This document shows positions 16,163 through 27,121 of a DNA stretch of 64,000 nucleotides, piece by piece; the stretch's first letter is position 1; every line of letters begins with the position of its first letter. Source of the DNA: an uncultured Bacilli bacterium (lineage in GTDB: Bacteria; Bacillota_I; Bacilli_A; RF39; UBA660); NCBI GenBank assembly GCA_934119965.1, contig CAKOTA010000002.1, positions 37,988 to 101,987 of the forward strand, given 5' to 3'. The notes beneath the pieces were generated by a model that was not told where the DNA came from, ran no database searches, and saw only the letters and a list, made by a program, of their open reading frames with translations. The position numbers and the translations under genes are program-made.

Positions 16163-16506
16163 CCTTCTACTAATTCGATTACTGCCATTAAAGCGTCATC
16201 ACCTTGGCGTTCATCTAATTTATAAATTCTAGTATATCCACCATTTCTAGATGCAAATCTAACTGCTAAATCATCAAATACTTTTTTAGTAGCAACATTA
16301 TCGTTTTGCATAAAAGCTAATGCTTTTCTTCTTGAAACTAATGAACCATCTTTTCCATAAGTAATCATTTTATCAACAAATTTACGAACTTCTTTAGCTC
16401 TTGTTTCTGTTGTAACAATTCTTTCTTTTTTGATTAATTCTCTAGTTAAGTTAGCAAGCATGCTTCTTCTATGTTTGTTAGTGCGTCCTAATTTTCTATA
16501 AGCCAT
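16150..16506 (-). CDS. rplQ: 50S ribosomal protein L17
   Basis: [49 protein letters not shown]... Confidence 0.95.
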   Translation of the reverse strand: MAYRKLGRTNKHRRSMLANLTRELIKKERIVTTETRAKEVRKFVDKMITYGKDGSLVSRRKALAFMQNDNVATKKVFDDLAVRFASRNGGYTRIYKLDERQGDDALMAVIELVEGDTK

Positions 16507-16519
16507 AATATCCTCCTAA

Positions 16520-17473
16520 CTAATCTTCATCACGGAATTTAAGACCCATATCTTTAATTTTGTCAATAACTTCTTTTAAAGATTTTTTACCTAAATTACG
16601 TATTTTCATCATTTCTAATTCTGTTTTTTCTGTTAAGTCACCTAAAGTATTAACTCCTGCTCTTTTTAAACAATTATAAGCTCTAACAGAGAAATCTAAA
16701 TCATCAATTGATGTTTCTAATTTCTTAAGTTTAGAATCTTCTTGTTTAGCATTCATTACTCCAGTAGTATCAGCTATTTCACTTAAATCAGTGATAATAT
16801 TTAAATGTTCAATTAATATTTTAGCTCCTAATGCCATTGCGTCTTCAGGACGAATTGATCCATTTGTATAAACATTCATAATTAATTTGTCATAACTTGC
16901 ATCTTGTCCAACACGGGCATTATCAACTTCATAACTTATTCTCTCAATTGGAGAATATAAAGCATCAATTGGAATAAATCCTAATTTAGCTTTTTCAACA
17001 TATTTTTTATTTTCAGGACTTGGAACATATCCTCTACCATTGGCAATGATAAATTCCATATCTAGTTTACCACCTTTTGATATAGTAGCTATTACTTGAT
17101 CTGGATTTACAATTTCAACTCCAGATTCAGCAACTATATCTGCTGCTGTTACAACTCTTTCTTCGTTTACAGAAAGGTGAGCTGTTACTTCTTCTTTATC
17201 AGTATTATTTTTTATAACAACATTTTTTAAGTTTAAAACGATTGAAGTTACATCTTCTACAACTCCATCCATAGTTTGGAATTCGTGCATAACTCCATCA
17301 ATTTTTACTGCTACAATAGCACTACCTGGCATACTTGATAACATAACTCTTCTAAGTGCGTTACCTAAAGTTGTACCAAAACCTCTTTCTAAAGGTTCTA
17401 ATTCAAATTTACCATAATTATTATTTTCAATATAATCTGTTATTTTATAAATTGGTTTTTCAAAATTTAACAT
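16520..17473 (-). CDS. rpoA: DNA-directed RNA polymerase subunit alpha
   Basis: ...GFGTTLGNALRRVMLSSMPG... and the C-terminal domain ...LDFSVRAYNCLKRAGVNTLGDLT... Confidence 0.96.
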   Translation of the reverse strand: MLNFEKPIYKITDYIENNNYGKFELEPLERGFGTTLGNALRRVMLSSMPGSAIVAVKIDGVMHEFQTMDGVVEDVTSIVLNLKNVVIKNNTDKEEVTAHLSVNEERVVTAADIVAESGVEIVNPDQVIATISKGGKLDMEFIIANGRGYVPSPENKKYVEKAKLGFIPIDALYSPIERISYEVDNARVGQDASYDKLIMNVYTNGSIRPEDAMALGAKILIEHLNIITDLSEIADTTGVMNAKQEDSKLKKLETSIDDLDFSVRAYNCLKRAGVNTLGDLTEKTELEMMKIRNLGKKSLKEVIDKIKDMGLKFRDED

Positions 17474-17495
17474 TTTTTAACACACTCCCCTTTCA

Positions 17496-17879
17496 TTATC
17501 CACGTGGACGTTTTGGTGGACGACATCCATTATGTGGTACAGGTGTTACATCTGTTATTGAAGAAATTTCAAGACCAGCTGTTTGTAATGAACGAATAGC
17601 TGTTTCACGTCCAGAACCTAATCCTTTAACAAAAACTTCTACTTTTCTCATTCCCATATCGTATGCTGCTTTACCAGCTGCTTCTGCTGACATACCTGCA
17701 GCGAATGGAGTAGATTTTTTACTACCTTTAAATCCTAATGTTCCTGCTGAAGCCCAGCTAATTGCATTTCCTTCTGTGTCACTAATTGTTACAATAGTGT
17801 TATTGAATGTAGAATGAACATAAGCTCTACCTTCAGGTACATTCTTTTTAACTTTACGTTTTCTTGGTTTGTAAGCCAT
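17496..17879 (-). CDS. rpsK: 30S ribosomal protein S11
   Basis: ...[25 protein letters not shown]...[16 protein letters not shown]. Confidence 0.96.
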   Translation of the reverse strand: MAYKPRKRKVKKNVPEGRAYVHSTFNNTIVTISDTEGNAISWASAGTLGFKGSKKSTPFAAGMSAEAAGKAAYDMGMRKVEVFVKGLGSGRETAIRSLQTAGLEISSITDVTPVPHNGCRPPKRPRG

Positions 17880-17908
17880 ACTATATAACCTCCTTTTTTA
17901 ATTAAGAA

Positions 17909-18274
17909 TTATTTTTTCTTATTTGCTACAGTTTTACCTTTACCTTTACGAGTTCTAGCATTTCTGTTAGTTCTTTGTCCTCTTACAGGTAAACCTTTTT
18001 TATGTCTAGTACCTTGATATGAGTTAATTTCCATTTTTGTTTTAATGTTCATATTAACTTCACGTCTTAAATCACCTTCGATTGTATAATTTTCAATTTG
18101 TTCACGAATACGATTTAATTCGTCGTTATCTAAGCTACCAGCTCTCTTATTAACATCTACTTTTGCGTCATTTAATATTTTATTTGATAAACTTCTACCA
18201 ATACCATAAATATAAGTTAAGGCAATTTCAACTCTTTTATTATTTGGTATATCTACACCTTTAATACGTGCCAT
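17909..18274 (-). CDS. rpsM: 30S ribosomal protein S13
   Basis: [28 protein letters not shown]... Confidence 0.96.
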   Translation of the reverse strand: MARIKGVDIPNNKRVEIALTYIYGIGRSLSNKILNDAKVDVNKRAGSLDNDELNRIREQIENYTIEGDLRREVNMNIKTKMEINSYQGTRHKKGLPVRGQRTNRNARTRKGKGKTVANKKK

Positions 18275-18289
18275 AAAACACCTCCTATA

Positions 18290-18403
18290 TTAACCTTGTC
18301 TTTGTTTATGTTTAGGGTTTTCGCAAATTACCCTAACTGTACCTTTACGTTTAATTACTTTGCATTTATCGCATATTTTTTTTACTGATGCTCTTACTTT
18401 CAT
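18290..18403 (-). CDS. rpmJ: 50S ribosomal protein L36
   Basis: Hand-found (37 aa, below the track cutoff): [46 protein letters not shown] upstream. Sits in the expected slot between infA and rpsM. Confidence 0.95.
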   Translation of the reverse strand: MKVRASVKKICDKCKVIKRKGTVRVICENPKHKQRQG

Positions 18404-18427
18404 AAAATCCCTCCTATTTTATAGGTT

Positions 18428-18508
18428 GTGCTCACATTTATTTAAACTGTACACCTAGTAAAATGCGAACTAATAATTCGGATTTTACTAGAAACGTGAG
18501 CCATACAG
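18428..18508 (-). other. structured intergenic element between infA and rpmJ
   Basis: Nested inverted repeats: CTAGTAAAAT (18455-18464)/ATTTTACTAG (18482-18491) with inner CGAA/TTCG, and outer GCTCAC (18430-18435)/GTGAGC (18496-18501). No T-run follows on the sense strand. Confidence 0.4.
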
Positions 18509-18772
18509 TTAAGCTTTTCTCCAAGTGATACGACCTTTTGTTAAATCGTATTCAGAGAGTTCAATAGTAACTGTGTCACCGGCTAATATTCTGATATAAT
18601 TCATTCTTAATTTACCAGACACATGAGCTGTAACTACATGCTTATTTTCTAATTCTACTCTAAATTGTCCACCTGGTAATACTTCTAATACTTTACCTTC
18701 AACTTCAATTGCAGAAGTATTTTTTTTCTCTTTTTCCACAACTTTTTTGTTATTAACATTTTTCTTTGGCAT
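18509..18772 (-). CDS. infA: translation initiation factor IF-1 (with about 15-aa Lys-rich N-terminal extension)
   Basis: ...[65 protein letters not shown]. Confidence 0.93.
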   Translation of the reverse strand: MPKKNVNNKKVVEKEKKNTSAIEVEGKVLEVLPGGQFRVELENKHVVTAHVSGKLRMNYIRILAGDTVTIELSEYDLTKGRITWRKA

Positions 18773-18776
18773 ATTT

Positions 18777-19523
18777 TCACCTCTTTGTTAAAATTTCATA
18801 TCCATCTTTTGTTACTAAGACAGTATGTTCAAAATGAGCAGAAGGCAAATCGTCAGCTGTTACAATAGTCCAATCATCATCTAACATATAAATTTCTTCT
18901 GTACCTAGATTTAACATTGGTTCTACGGCAATAACCATTCCTTCTTTTAATATAGGTCCAGTTCCTTTTTTACCATAGTTTGGAACGTCTGGGTCTTCGT
19001 GAACATCACTTCCAACTCCGTGTCCAACTAATTCTTTGACTACACCTAATTTATATTTTTTTGCAACCTCTGATACGGCATAACCAATATCTCCAACTCT
19101 AGCTCCAGCTTTAATAACAGATAATCCAGCAAACAGTGATTCTTCTGTTTCTTTTAAAAGATCTAGGATTTCAGGCTTAACATTACCAACAGTATATGTC
19201 CAAGCTGAATCACCATGATATCCTTTATAGCAAGCACCAATATCTAAAGTTACAATATCACCATCTTTTAATTTTCTATGTGATGGAATCCCGTGAACAA
19301 CTTCTTCATTAACTGAAATACATATTGTTCCCGGAAATCCATATAGACCTTTAAAAGAAGGGGTTGCATTTTGTTTTAAAATATAATCATTTGCCAGTTT
19401 ATCTAATTCTAAAGTAGTTATTCCTGGCTTTATAAATTGTTTTAAGTAATTATGAGTTAAACCAACTATTTCGCCAGCTTTTCTCATTAATTCAATTTCT
19501 CTTTCAGATTTAATCTTTATCAT
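18777..19523 (-). CDS. map: type I methionine aminopeptidase
   Basis: ...VVHGIPS...[10 protein letters not shown]...[10 protein letters not shown]...LVGHGVG...EPM...FEHTVLVT (metal ligand pattern). Confidence 0.94.
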   Translation of the reverse strand: MIKIKSEREIELMRKAGEIVGLTHNYLKQFIKPGITTLELDKLANDYILKQNATPSFKGLYGFPGTICISVNEEVVHGIPSHRKLKDGDIVTLDIGACYKGYHGDSAWTYTVGNVKPEILDLLKETEESLFAGLSVIKAGARVGDIGYAVSEVAKKYKLGVVKELVGHGVGSDVHEDPDVPNYGKKGTGPILKEGMVIAVEPMLNLGTEEIYMLDDDWTIVTADDLPSAHFEHTVLVTKDGYEILTKR

Positions 19524-20158
19524 TAAGCACCTATAATATCTTCTATTTGTTTAAATATTTCATATTTATTTAGGCTACTATCTACAATATATAGTCTATC
19601 TTTATAATAGTCTAATAATGGTTTTGTTTCACTCATATAGGTATCAAATCTTTTATTAAATGTTTCTTCGTTATCATCATTTCTTTTTGATAATTCTATA
19701 TTACAGTCATCACAAATACCATTTGTTTTTGGCATACTTTCTTCTATTTGATCATTATAAACTTTTCCACAATTTGAACAAGATAATCTTCCTAAAATTC
19801 TTTTTGATGCAATTTCTTTATTAATATCTAGATATATAACATAGTCGATTTTTTTGTTTATTTTTTCTAATAATTCATCAAATAATTTTGCTTGATTTAC
19901 AGTTCTAGGAAAGCCATCAAATATATAACTCTTGTCATCTTTTATTTCATCTTTTATTAAATCTAAAATAAACTCATCACTAACAAGTTTACCTTGTCCG
20001 ATTGTTTTTTTTAGTTCTATACTTTTTTCACTATTACTATTTATTACAGCTCTTATCAAATCTCCAGTAGATATATGTTTAATATCATATTTATTACATA
20101 TCAACTCTGATTGAGTTCCTTTACCTGCGGCAGGTGGAGCAATTAATATAATATTCAT
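19523..20158 (-). CDS. adk: adenylate kinase (Zn-lid type)
   Basis: P-loop APPAAGKGTQ, ISTGDLIR, lid CSNCGKVY...CDDC. Confidence 0.94.
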   Translation of the reverse strand: MNIILIAPPAAGKGTQSELICNKYDIKHISTGDLIRAVINSNSEKSIELKKTIGQGKLVSDEFILDLIKDEIKDDKSYIFDGFPRTVNQAKLFDELLEKINKKIDYVIYLDINKEIASKRILGRLSCSNCGKVYNDQIEESMPKTNGICDDCNIELSKRNDDNEETFNKRFDTYMSETKPLLDYYKDRLYIVDSSLNKYEIFKQIEDIIGA

Positions 20159-21426
20159 TATCTTCTTCTACCTCTTTGGAATTTACGAGCTTTTAATTCA
20201 CTATCTATAACTTTGTAAGTATCTAGTGCGACACCTACAACAATTATTAATCCTGTTCCACCAATACGCATACTTGATGGTAGACTAGTCAACATACCAA
20301 ATAATATTGGAAGTGCGGCTATAATTGATAGAGCAAATGCTCCAACTGTTGTTATTCTCTTTAAAACGGTTGAAATATAATTTTCAGTTTCTTCACCAGG
20401 TCTAATACCAGGAATGAAACCTCCATCTTTATTTATTTTTTCAGCCATTTCTTTTGGTTTTAATTGGAAAAATGTATAAAAATAAGCAAATCCAAATATA
20501 CATAATATATATATTATAAAACCTGTTACTGATGTTGTAGTTAAATACTTATTAACAAATAATGTAAAACTTTCGTTTTTAATAAATCCTGCTAAGAAAC
20601 CTGGAATTGATATAAATGCTGATGCAAATATTACAGGCATTACTCCAGCTGAATTTAATTTAAATGGAATATAATTTTGTTTAGAACTTGTTATTGTTTT
20701 ATTAGTATATTGAATTGGTATTCTTCTTTCAGCGGATTCAACATATACAACACCAATAATTATTGCAATATATACTAATGTAAATAATACAAATTTTGTT
20801 ACGCCTAATGCAATTGTTTGAGCAGTTGTAGTTACAATGAATGTATCCCAAGCTGTTGTAAACATATTAGGTAGTGTTGCAATTATACCAGCCATAATTA
20901 TTAATGATATACCATTTCCTATACCTTTAACTGTAATTTGGTCACCAATCCATAATAGTAATGATGTTCCAGCAGTTAAGATAAGTGAAAATGTCATATA
21001 ATCAGCTGGAGTTCCATTTTGTATGAATGCAAAAGAGAACATATATCCTTGAATAAATGATAAGGCAATTCCAACATATCTAGTTATTTGATTTAATTTT
21101 GTTCTACCTACACCACCTTGATTTCTCAAATCAGTTAAGTAAGGTATTAATTCTGTTGCTTCTAACAATTGCATTATGATAGAAGCTGTAATGTATGGAG
21201 TAACACCTAGGGCGAATATTGAAAATTGCTCTAAGGCTCCACCACCCATCAAATTCATAAGTTCTAAAAATCCTAAATTACTTGTTCCTAAACTAGTTTT
21301 ATCGATACCTGGTACAATTATTGTTGTACCTAATTTAAATACAAATAAACATAAGAAAGTGAAATAAATTCTTTTTCTTAAATCTTTATTTGTGGGATTA
21401 AATATTTGCTTTATATATGCAAACAT
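20158..21426 (-). CDS. secY: preprotein translocase subunit SecY
   Basis: 10-TM protein with ...ALGVTPYITASIIMQLL... and ...GGFIPGIRPGEETENYI... Confidence 0.96.
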   Translation of the reverse strand: MFAYIKQIFNPTNKDLRKRIYFTFLCLFVFKLGTTIIVPGIDKTSLGTSNLGFLELMNLMGGGALEQFSIFALGVTPYITASIIMQLLEATELIPYLTDLRNQGGVGRTKLNQITRYVGIALSFIQGYMFSFAFIQNGTPADYMTFSLILTAGTSLLLWIGDQITVKGIGNGISLIIMAGIIATLPNMFTTAWDTFIVTTTAQTIALGVTKFVLFTLVYIAIIIGVVYVESAERRIPIQYTNKTITSSKQNYIPFKLNSAGVMPVIFASAFISIPGFLAGFIKNESFTLFVNKYLTTTSVTGFIIYILCIFGFAYFYTFFQLKPKEMAEKINKDGGFIPGIRPGEETENYISTVLKRITTVGAFALSIIAALPILFGMLTSLPSSMRIGGTGLIIVVGVALDTYKVIDSELKARKFQRGRRR

Positions 21427-21427
21427 T

Positions 21428-21871
21428 TTAGATCACCTCTGCTTTTCCACCTAGTTTTTCTATTTGTTCTTTAGCAACATTAGAAAATTTATGTGCTTTA
21501 ACAACTAATTTCTTTTCAAGTGTTCCGTTACCTAAAACTTTAACACCATCTAATTGATTTTTTAATATTCCCATTTCTTTTAATAATTCAGGTGTAATTT
21601 CTGAACCATTTTCAAATTTATTTAAATCACTTAAATTAATTACTGCATATGTAGTTTTAAATTTAGCATTAGAGAATCCTCTTTTAGGTAATCTTCTATA
21701 TAATGGTAATTGTCCACCTTCAAATCCAGCTTTACGACTATAACCACTTCTAGCTTTTTGACCTTTTTCTCCTCTACCACTAGTTTTTCCTAATCCACTA
21801 CCTGGTCCACGTCCAACTCTTTTACGAGTAGTAGTAGCACCATCATTTGGATATATTGTATGTAATTTCAT
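21428..21871 (-). CDS. rplO: 50S ribosomal protein L15
   Basis: ...[26 protein letters not shown]... The start overlaps the rpsE stop (TAATG). Confidence 0.95.
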   Translation of the reverse strand: MKLHTIYPNDGATTTRKRVGRGPGSGLGKTSGRGEKGQKARSGYSRKAGFEGGQLPLYRRLPKRGFSNAKFKTTYAVINLSDLNKFENGSEITPELLKEMGILKNQLDGVKVLGNGTLEKKLVVKAHKFSNVAKEQIEKLGGKAEVI

Positions 21872-22374
21872 TAAATTTCCTCTACTTTCTTACCACGTAA
21901 TTCAGCAATATGTTCTACTGATTTTTGTGATTTTAAAGCTTCTAATGTTGCATATGCCATATTAATTTTTGTATTTGATCCAAGTGATTTTGATAAGATG
22001 TCTTTAACACCTGCTAATTCAAGTACGGCTCTAACAGGTCCACCTGCTTTAACTCCTGTACCTTTTCCAGCTGGTTTAAGCATAACTTTACTTGCTCCTC
22101 TTACACCAATTGCTTCATGGGAAATTGTTCTTTCATCAACTAATGCTACTTTTGTAACATTTTTTGTTGCAGCAGAAACAGCTTTTTTGATAGCGTCTGG
22201 TACTTCATTAGCTTTACCAGTTCCTAATCCAACTTTACCTTTTCTGTCTCCAACAACTACTGTTGCAGAAAAACGGAAATGACGACCACCTTTTGTTACT
22301 TTTGTAACTCTACCAATATTAATTACTTGTTCTTCATATTGTTTTGGGCGTGGTTCTCTTCTTTTGTTTTCCAT
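21871..22374 (-). CDS. rpsE: 30S ribosomal protein S5
   Basis: ...[48 protein letters not shown]... Confidence 0.96.
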   Translation of the reverse strand: MENKRREPRPKQYEEQVINIGRVTKVTKGGRHFRFSATVVVGDRKGKVGLGTGKANEVPDAIKKAVSAATKNVTKVALVDERTISHEAIGVRGASKVMLKPAGKGTGVKAGGPVRAVLELAGVKDILSKSLGSNTKINMAYATLEALKSQKSVEHIAELRGKKVEEI

Positions 22375-22386
22375 AGTTACCCTCCT

Positions 22387-22749
22387 CTAGAATTCTAATC
22401 CATTTTCACGTGCTGCTTCTGCTAAAGCCTCTACACGTCCATGATATAGGTATCCACCTCTATCAAATGTTACTTTTGTAATTTTTGCTTTTTTAGCTCT
22501 TTTAGCAATTAATTCACCAACTTTTTTAGCTGCTTCAATATTGCTACCATTTTCAAGCTTTAATTCTTTATCTATTGATGAAGCACTTACTAATGTAATT
22601 CCTTTTTCATCATCGATAATTTGAGCAAAAATATTACTATTTGATCTAAAAACATTAAGTCTTGGAGTTTCGCTAGTTCCACTAACTTTAGCTCTAACAC
22701 GTTCATGTCTAGCTTTACGTACTTCATTACGAGATACTTTATTAATCAT
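22387..22749 (-). CDS. rplR: 50S ribosomal protein L18
   Basis: ...[18 protein letters not shown]...[26 protein letters not shown]. Confidence 0.95.
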   Translation of the reverse strand: MINKVSRNEVRKARHERVRAKVSGTSETPRLNVFRSNSNIFAQIIDDEKGITLVSASSIDKELKLENGSNIEAAKKVGELIAKRAKKAKITKVTFDRGGYLYHGRVEALAEAARENGLEF

Positions 22750-22777
22750 AGTTCTTACTCTCCTTTACTAAATTACA

Positions 22778-23308
22778 TTATGCTGCTTTCTTTCCTTCTT
22801 TACGAACAATATGTTCATCTTTGTATCTAATTCCTTTTCCTTTATAAGGTTCAGGTTGTCTTATTTTTCTAATGTTTGCAGCGAATTCACCAACAAGACA
22901 TTTATCAATACCTTTAATTACTAATTCTGTATTACTTGGAGATTCAACTGTTAATCCGTCTGGTACTGTTACTACTACAGGATGTGAATAACCAGCACTA
23001 ACTGTGATAGTTTTTCCACTTACTGCAAAACGGTAACCAACACCTACAGATTCAAGTTGTTTTTCATAACCTTCAGTTACTCCAACGATCATATTTTTAA
23101 TATTTGCATTTGCTGTACCATGAAATGCTTTATCCATGTCACTTTTTCTTTCAACATGTACTTCATTATCTTTAACTGATACAGTAATATTTTTGTTTAC
23201 CTCAGTAGAAAGTTCACCTTTTGGACCTTTTACTGTAACAATATTACCATTAACTGTTAAAGTTACATTTTCAGGTAAAGTCAATATTCTATTTCCAATA
23301 CGACTCAT
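22778..23308 (-). CDS. rplF: 50S ribosomal protein L6
   Basis: MSRIGNRILTLPENVTLTVNGNIVTVKGPKGELS...GKGIRYKDEHIVRKEGK. Confidence 0.95.
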   Translation of the reverse strand: MSRIGNRILTLPENVTLTVNGNIVTVKGPKGELSTEVNKNITVSVKDNEVHVERKSDMDKAFHGTANANIKNMIVGVTEGYEKQLESVGVGYRFAVSGKTITVSAGYSHPVVVTVPDGLTVESPSNTELVIKGIDKCLVGEFAANIRKIRQPEPYKGKGIRYKDEHIVRKEGKKAA

Positions 23309-23321
23309 ATTCTCATCCTTT

Positions 23322-23714
23322 CTACCAAATGTAAGCTAAAACTTCTCCACCTAATGATTCTTTTCTTGCTTCTTTATCAGTCATAATTCCTTTAGATGTA
23401 GAAACGATTGCTATACCTAAACCGTTTAATACTTTAGGCATTTCTTCAGTTTTAGCATAAACACGTAAACCTGGTTTACTAATTCTTTTAAGTCCAGTAA
23501 TTACACGTTCTTTATTTTGTCCATATTTTAAATTTAAAACAATAATGTTTTGAATGTTATTTTTCTTTACTTTGAAGTCTTCGATGAATCCTTGTTCTTT
23601 TAAGATTCTTGCAATTTCAAGTTTAATCTTAGAAGCAGGTACTTCAACTTCTTTATAACGCATTTGATTAGCATTACGAATTCTCGTAAGCATATCTGCT
23701 ATTGGATCTGTCAT
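23322..23714 (-). CDS. rpsH: 30S ribosomal protein S8
   Basis: [29 protein letters not shown]...GGEVLAYIW. Confidence 0.96.
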   Translation of the reverse strand: MTDPIADMLTRIRNANQMRYKEVEVPASKIKLEIARILKEQGFIEDFKVKKNNIQNIIVLNLKYGQNKERVITGLKRISKPGLRVYAKTEEMPKVLNGLGIAIVSTSKGIMTDKEARKESLGGEVLAYIW

Positions 23715-23733
23715 ACAATCCCTCCTTCTCTAA

Positions 23734-23919
23734 TTACCAACTAGATTTTTTAACACCTGGTATTTGTCCTTTATAAGCTAATTCTCTAAAGCAAATACGA
23801 CAAATTCCATATTTTTTAAGTACTGCGTGAGGTCTACCACATCTTTCGCAACGAGTATATTCACGTACTTTGAATTTTTGTTTTCTTGATTGTTTAACAA
23901 TCATACTTTTCTTTGCCAT
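23734..23919 (-). CDS. rpsN: 30S ribosomal protein S14, short zinc-binding (type Z) form
   Basis: 61 aa, [38 protein letters not shown] (CxxC...CxxC). Confidence 0.95.
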   Translation of the reverse strand: MAKKSMIVKQSRKQKFKVREYTRCERCGRPHAVLKKYGICRICFRELAYKGQIPGVKKSSW

Positions 23920-23937
23920 AATATCCTCCTATAGTTA

Positions 23938-24477
23938 TTACTTTTTAAATGGCATACCGAAACCTTTTAATAATGAAAGAGCTTCTTCATTTGTTTTTGC
24001 TGTTGTTACAAAAACGATGTCCATTCCACGTACTTTAACTACGTTGTCATATTCTATTTCTGAGAAAATTAATTGTTCATTTAATCCAAGAGTATAATTA
24101 CCTCTACCATCAAATGATTTAGGTGAAATCCCTCTAAAGTCTCTTACACGAGGTAATGTAATACTAATTAATTTATCTAAGAAGTTATACATATTTTCTC
24201 CACGTAATGTAACTTTACATCCGATTCCTTGACCTGCTCTTAATTTAAATCCAGCTATGGCTTTTTTTGCTTTAGTTATAACTGGTTTTTGACCTGTAAT
24301 AATTTCTAAGTCTGCAACAGCAGCTTCTAATAATTTACTATTACTTACGCCATCTCCGACACCCATATTGATAACAATTTTATCTAATTTAGGTACTTGC
24401 ATTATATTTTCATAGTTAAATTCTTTTGTTAAATTAGGTACGATTTCTTCATTATATTTTGCTTTTAGGCGGTTCAT
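23938..24477 (-). CDS. rplE: 50S ribosomal protein L5
   Basis: [41 protein letters not shown]... Start ATG 24477 behind GGAGGG; the track ORF has 6 extra codons. Confidence 0.95.
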   Translation of the reverse strand: MNRLKAKYNEEIVPNLTKEFNYENIMQVPKLDKIVINMGVGDGVSNSKLLEAAVADLEIITGQKPVITKAKKAIAGFKLRAGQGIGCKVTLRGENMYNFLDKLISITLPRVRDFRGISPKSFDGRGNYTLGLNEQLIFSEIEYDNVVKVRGMDIVFVTTAKTNEEALSLLKGFGMPFKK

Positions 24478-24495
24478 AATATACCCTCCTTCCAA

Positions 24496-24804
24496 TTAAT
24501 CAAGTGTAGAATTAGATTTTTTAGTAATTCTAACTTTTTTTCCATTTTTATCTGTTGTATGTCCAATTCTGCTTGGTTTCTTTGTTTTTGAATCTAATAT
24601 CATAACATTAGATGCATCAATTGGTAATTCCATATCTACAATACTACCAGCTGTTTGTCCATTTGGTTTAACATGTTTTTTAGCAACATTAATTCCTTCA
24701 ACAACAACTTTATTTTCATTTTTAAGTACTTTTGTAATATTTCCTTCTTTACCTTTATCTTTACCAGCAATAACAACAACTTTATCTCCAGTTTTTAATT
24801 TCAT
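24496..24804 (-). CDS. rplX: 50S ribosomal protein L24
   Basis: MKLKTGDKVVVIAGKDKGKEGNITKVL... Confidence 0.95.
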   Translation of the reverse strand: MKLKTGDKVVVIAGKDKGKEGNITKVLKNENKVVVEGINVAKKHVKPNGQTAGSIVDMELPIDASNVMILDSKTKKPSRIGHTTDKNGKKVRITKKSNSTLD

Positions 24805-24823
24805 GTTATCCTCCTTCTAAAGG

Positions 24824-25192
24824 CTATAGCACTTCTTTAGCAAGTGATACAATCTTCATAAAATCTTTATCACGTAATTCACGTGCTACTGGTCCAAATA
24901 CACGAGTTCCTACTGGACTCTTATCATCTTTGATGATAACACAAGCATTGTCATCAAATTTTATGTAAGATCCATCTTCTCTTCTTAGACCAAATTTGCT
25001 TCTAACAATTACAGCTTTAACAACTTTTCCTTTTTGTACTGTACCGTTAGGAGTTGCTTTTTTAACTGCTACAACTACAGTATCTCCAATATTTCCAGTT
25101 TTTACTTTGCTTCCACCTAATACACGAATTACACTTACTTCACGTGCACCAGAGTTATCTGCAACTTTTAAACGGCTTTCTTGTTGAATCAT
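24824..25192 (-). CDS. rplN: 50S ribosomal protein L14
   Basis: [28 protein letters not shown]... Confidence 0.97.
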   Translation of the reverse strand: MIQQESRLKVADNSGAREVSVIRVLGGSKVKTGNIGDTVVVAVKKATPNGTVQKGKVVKAVIVRSKFGLRREDGSYIKFDDNACVIIKDDKSPVGTRVFGPVARELRDKDFMKIVSLAKEVL

Positions 25193-25215
25193 ATTGATCC
25201 TCCTCCCAGTGTCAA

Positions 25216-25473
25216 TTATAAAATAATTGCTTTTTCTACTATCTCTACTAAACGGAAATGTTTAGATTTAGATAATGGTCTTGTTTCAGCTATACGAACA
25301 GTATCTCCGATTTTTGCTTCATTTTTTTCATCATGAGCAGCATATTTTTTAGAGTATTTAACTCTTTTTCCATATAGTGGGTCTTTTTTATAAGTTTCAA
25401 CTAAAACTGTAATAGTTTTGTCAGTTTTATCACTTACAACTTTACCAACTAATTCACGACTTGACTTTGCCAT
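25216..25473 (-). CDS. rpsQ: 30S ribosomal protein S17
   Basis: ...[42 protein letters not shown]... Confidence 0.95.
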   Translation of the reverse strand: MAKSSRELVGKVVSDKTDKTITVLVETYKKDPLYGKRVKYSKKYAAHDEKNEAKIGDTVRIAETRPLSKSKHFRLVEIVEKAIIL

Positions 25474-25679
25474 TAGTTACCTCCCTTAATATTAAGTTCA
25501 CGTTCTCTTAAAATTGTTTTCATACGTGCAACTAATTTTCTAAGTTCATTTATTCTTGATGGTTTTTCTAAGTTACCAGTAGCTTGGCTAAATCTTAAAT
25601 TAAATAATTCTTCTTTGTATTCATTAATTTTATTATTAATTTCTTCATTTGATAATTCTCTAATTTCTTTATTAGTCAT
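25473..25679 (-). CDS. rpmC: 50S ribosomal protein L29
   Basis: [43 protein letters not shown]... Start ATG 25679 overlaps the rplP stop (ATGACTAA); the track start 25691 is an alternative. Confidence 0.9.
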   Translation of the reverse strand: MTNKEIRELSNEEINNKINEYKEELFNLRFSQATGNLEKPSRINELRKLVARMKTILRERELNIKGGN

Positions 25680-26097
25680 TAGCTTCACCATCTTTCTTTA
25701 CAAATTTACATTTGATAGGTAATTTATGCATTGCTAATCTAAATGCTTCACGAGCTGTTGCTTCATCAACGCCACCGATTTCAAACATAACTTTTCCTTT
25801 TTTAACAACTGCTACCCATTTTTCTGGTTGACCTTTACCTTTACCCATACGAGTTTCTAAAGGTATTTTAGTTAATGAAAGGTGTGGGAATATGTTAATC
25901 CATACTTTACCACCACGTTTCATATATCTTGTCATAGCTACACGAGCAGCTTCGATTTGGTTTTGAGTAATCCAAGCCCCTTCGCAAGCCATCAAACCAT
26001 ATTCACCAAAGTTAACTTTTTTGTTACCTCTAGTTACACCGTCATAATGTAAACGGTGAGGTCTTCTATATTTAGTTCTTTTTGGTACTAGTGCCAT
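25672..26097 (-). CDS. rplP: 50S ribosomal protein L16
   Basis: [20 protein letters not shown]...[25 protein letters not shown]. Confidence 0.95.
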   Translation of the reverse strand: MALVPKRTKYRRPHRLHYDGVTRGNKKVNFGEYGLMACEGAWITQNQIEAARVAMTRYMKRGGKVWINIFPHLSLTKIPLETRMGKGKGQPEKWVAVVKKGKVMFEIGGVDEATAREAFRLAMHKLPIKCKFVKKDGEAND

Positions 26098-26749
26098 TTA
26101 CATTACCTCCTTTTTGTTTTGAGGCAAGAATTTCTCCTTTATATATCCATACTTTAACACCGATTTTACCATAAGTAGTATCAGCTTCTTTATGAGCATA
26201 ATCTATATCTGCTCTTAAAGTATGAAGTGGAGTGTTTCCTTCAGAATATCCTTCAGTTCTAGCCATATCAGCTCCGCCTAAACGACCTGATACTGAAGTT
26301 TTAATTCCTTTTGCTCCTGCTTTCATTGCATTTCTAATTGCTTTCTTTTGTGCAATTCTAAATGATACTCTATTTTCAATTTGATGTGCGATATTTTCAG
26401 CTACTAATGCAGCATCAATATCAGGATTCTTAACTTCCATAATTGAGATTTGTACATTTTCATCAACTAATTTTGATAATTCATTTTTTAATTTATCAAT
26501 TTCGTCTCCACCATGACCAATTATTACACCTGGTTTAGCAGTATTTATAATAATTTCTGTTTTAGTGGCATTTCTTTCAATAAGAATACTTGAAACTGCT
26601 GCGTCTTTTAATTTTTTAGTTAAGAATTTACGAATTTTAACGTCATTATTTAAGTATTTAGAAAAATCTTTGTTTCCTGCATACCATCTTGATTCCCAGT
26701 CTTTATTGATTCCAATTCTAAGACCAATTGGACTTACTTTTTGACCCAT
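26072..26749 (-). CDS. rpsC: 30S ribosomal protein S3
   Basis: [24 protein letters not shown]...KH domain...[17 protein letters not shown]. Confidence 0.96.
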   Translation of the reverse strand: MGQKVSPIGLRIGINKDWESRWYAGNKDFSKYLNNDVKIRKFLTKKLKDAAVSSILIERNATKTEIIINTAKPGVIIGHGGDEIDKLKNELSKLVDENVQISIMEVKNPDIDAALVAENIAHQIENRVSFRIAQKKAIRNAMKAGAKGIKTSVSGRLGGADMARTEGYSEGNTPLHTLRADIDYAHKEADTTYGKIGVKVWIYKGEILASKQKGGNVNGTSTKKN

Positions 26750-26760
26750 CAGTTTTCCTC

Positions 26761-27096
26761 CTATCTTTCGTCACTAACAACAACTGTTATATGACTTGTT
26801 CTCTTTCTAATTGGATCTACATGTCCACGAGATCCAAATTTCATTCTTTTCATTGTTTGACCTTCATTAACATATGCTTCTTTTACATATAATTTAGTTT
26901 TGTCTAATCCTAAGTTATTTTCGGCATTAGCAGTAGCTGAAGTCAAAACTTTTCTACTTAATCTTGCAGCTTCTTTATTTATATTTGCTAAAATTTTATC
27001 TGCTTCTTCTACGCTTTTTCCACGTATTAAATCTATAACTAAACGGGCTTTACGAGGTGCAATTCTAAGTCCTTTTGCAATCGCTTTTGCTTCCAT
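26761..27096 (-). CDS. rplV: 50S ribosomal protein L22
   Basis: [32 protein letters not shown]... Start ATG 27096 behind GGAGGA; the track ORF has 7 extra codons. Confidence 0.95.
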   Translation of the reverse strand: MEAKAIAKGLRIAPRKARLVIDLIRGKSVEEADKILANINKEAARLSRKVLTSATANAENNLGLDKTKLYVKEAYVNEGQTMKRMKFGSRGHVDPIRKRTSHITVVVSDER

Positions 27097-27121
27097 TTTA
27101 GTCCTCCTTCCTGACAATTAA

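Noticed and set aside
17496-17508. TTATCCACG (8/9 match to a DnaA box) and the palindrome TCCACGTGGA (parS-like CACGTG core) at the rpsK/rpoA junction
   Set aside because: It is a single isolated site that overlaps the rpsK stop and terminal codons (..PKRPRG*). Its flanks do not match the parS consensus TGTTNCACGTGAAACA, and there is no cluster of boxes. Other CACGTG sites (22409, 24871, 25141 regions) are likewise inside r-protein genes with poor flanks.
17356-17817. Plus-strand ORFs antisense to ribosomal protein, secY, ftsH and similar genes (for example 17356-17817, 21998-22282, 27367-27648, 10827-11051, 61431-61826)
   Set aside because: Each one mirrors a strongly conserved minus-strand gene. 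None has a plausible SD or a recognisable domain.
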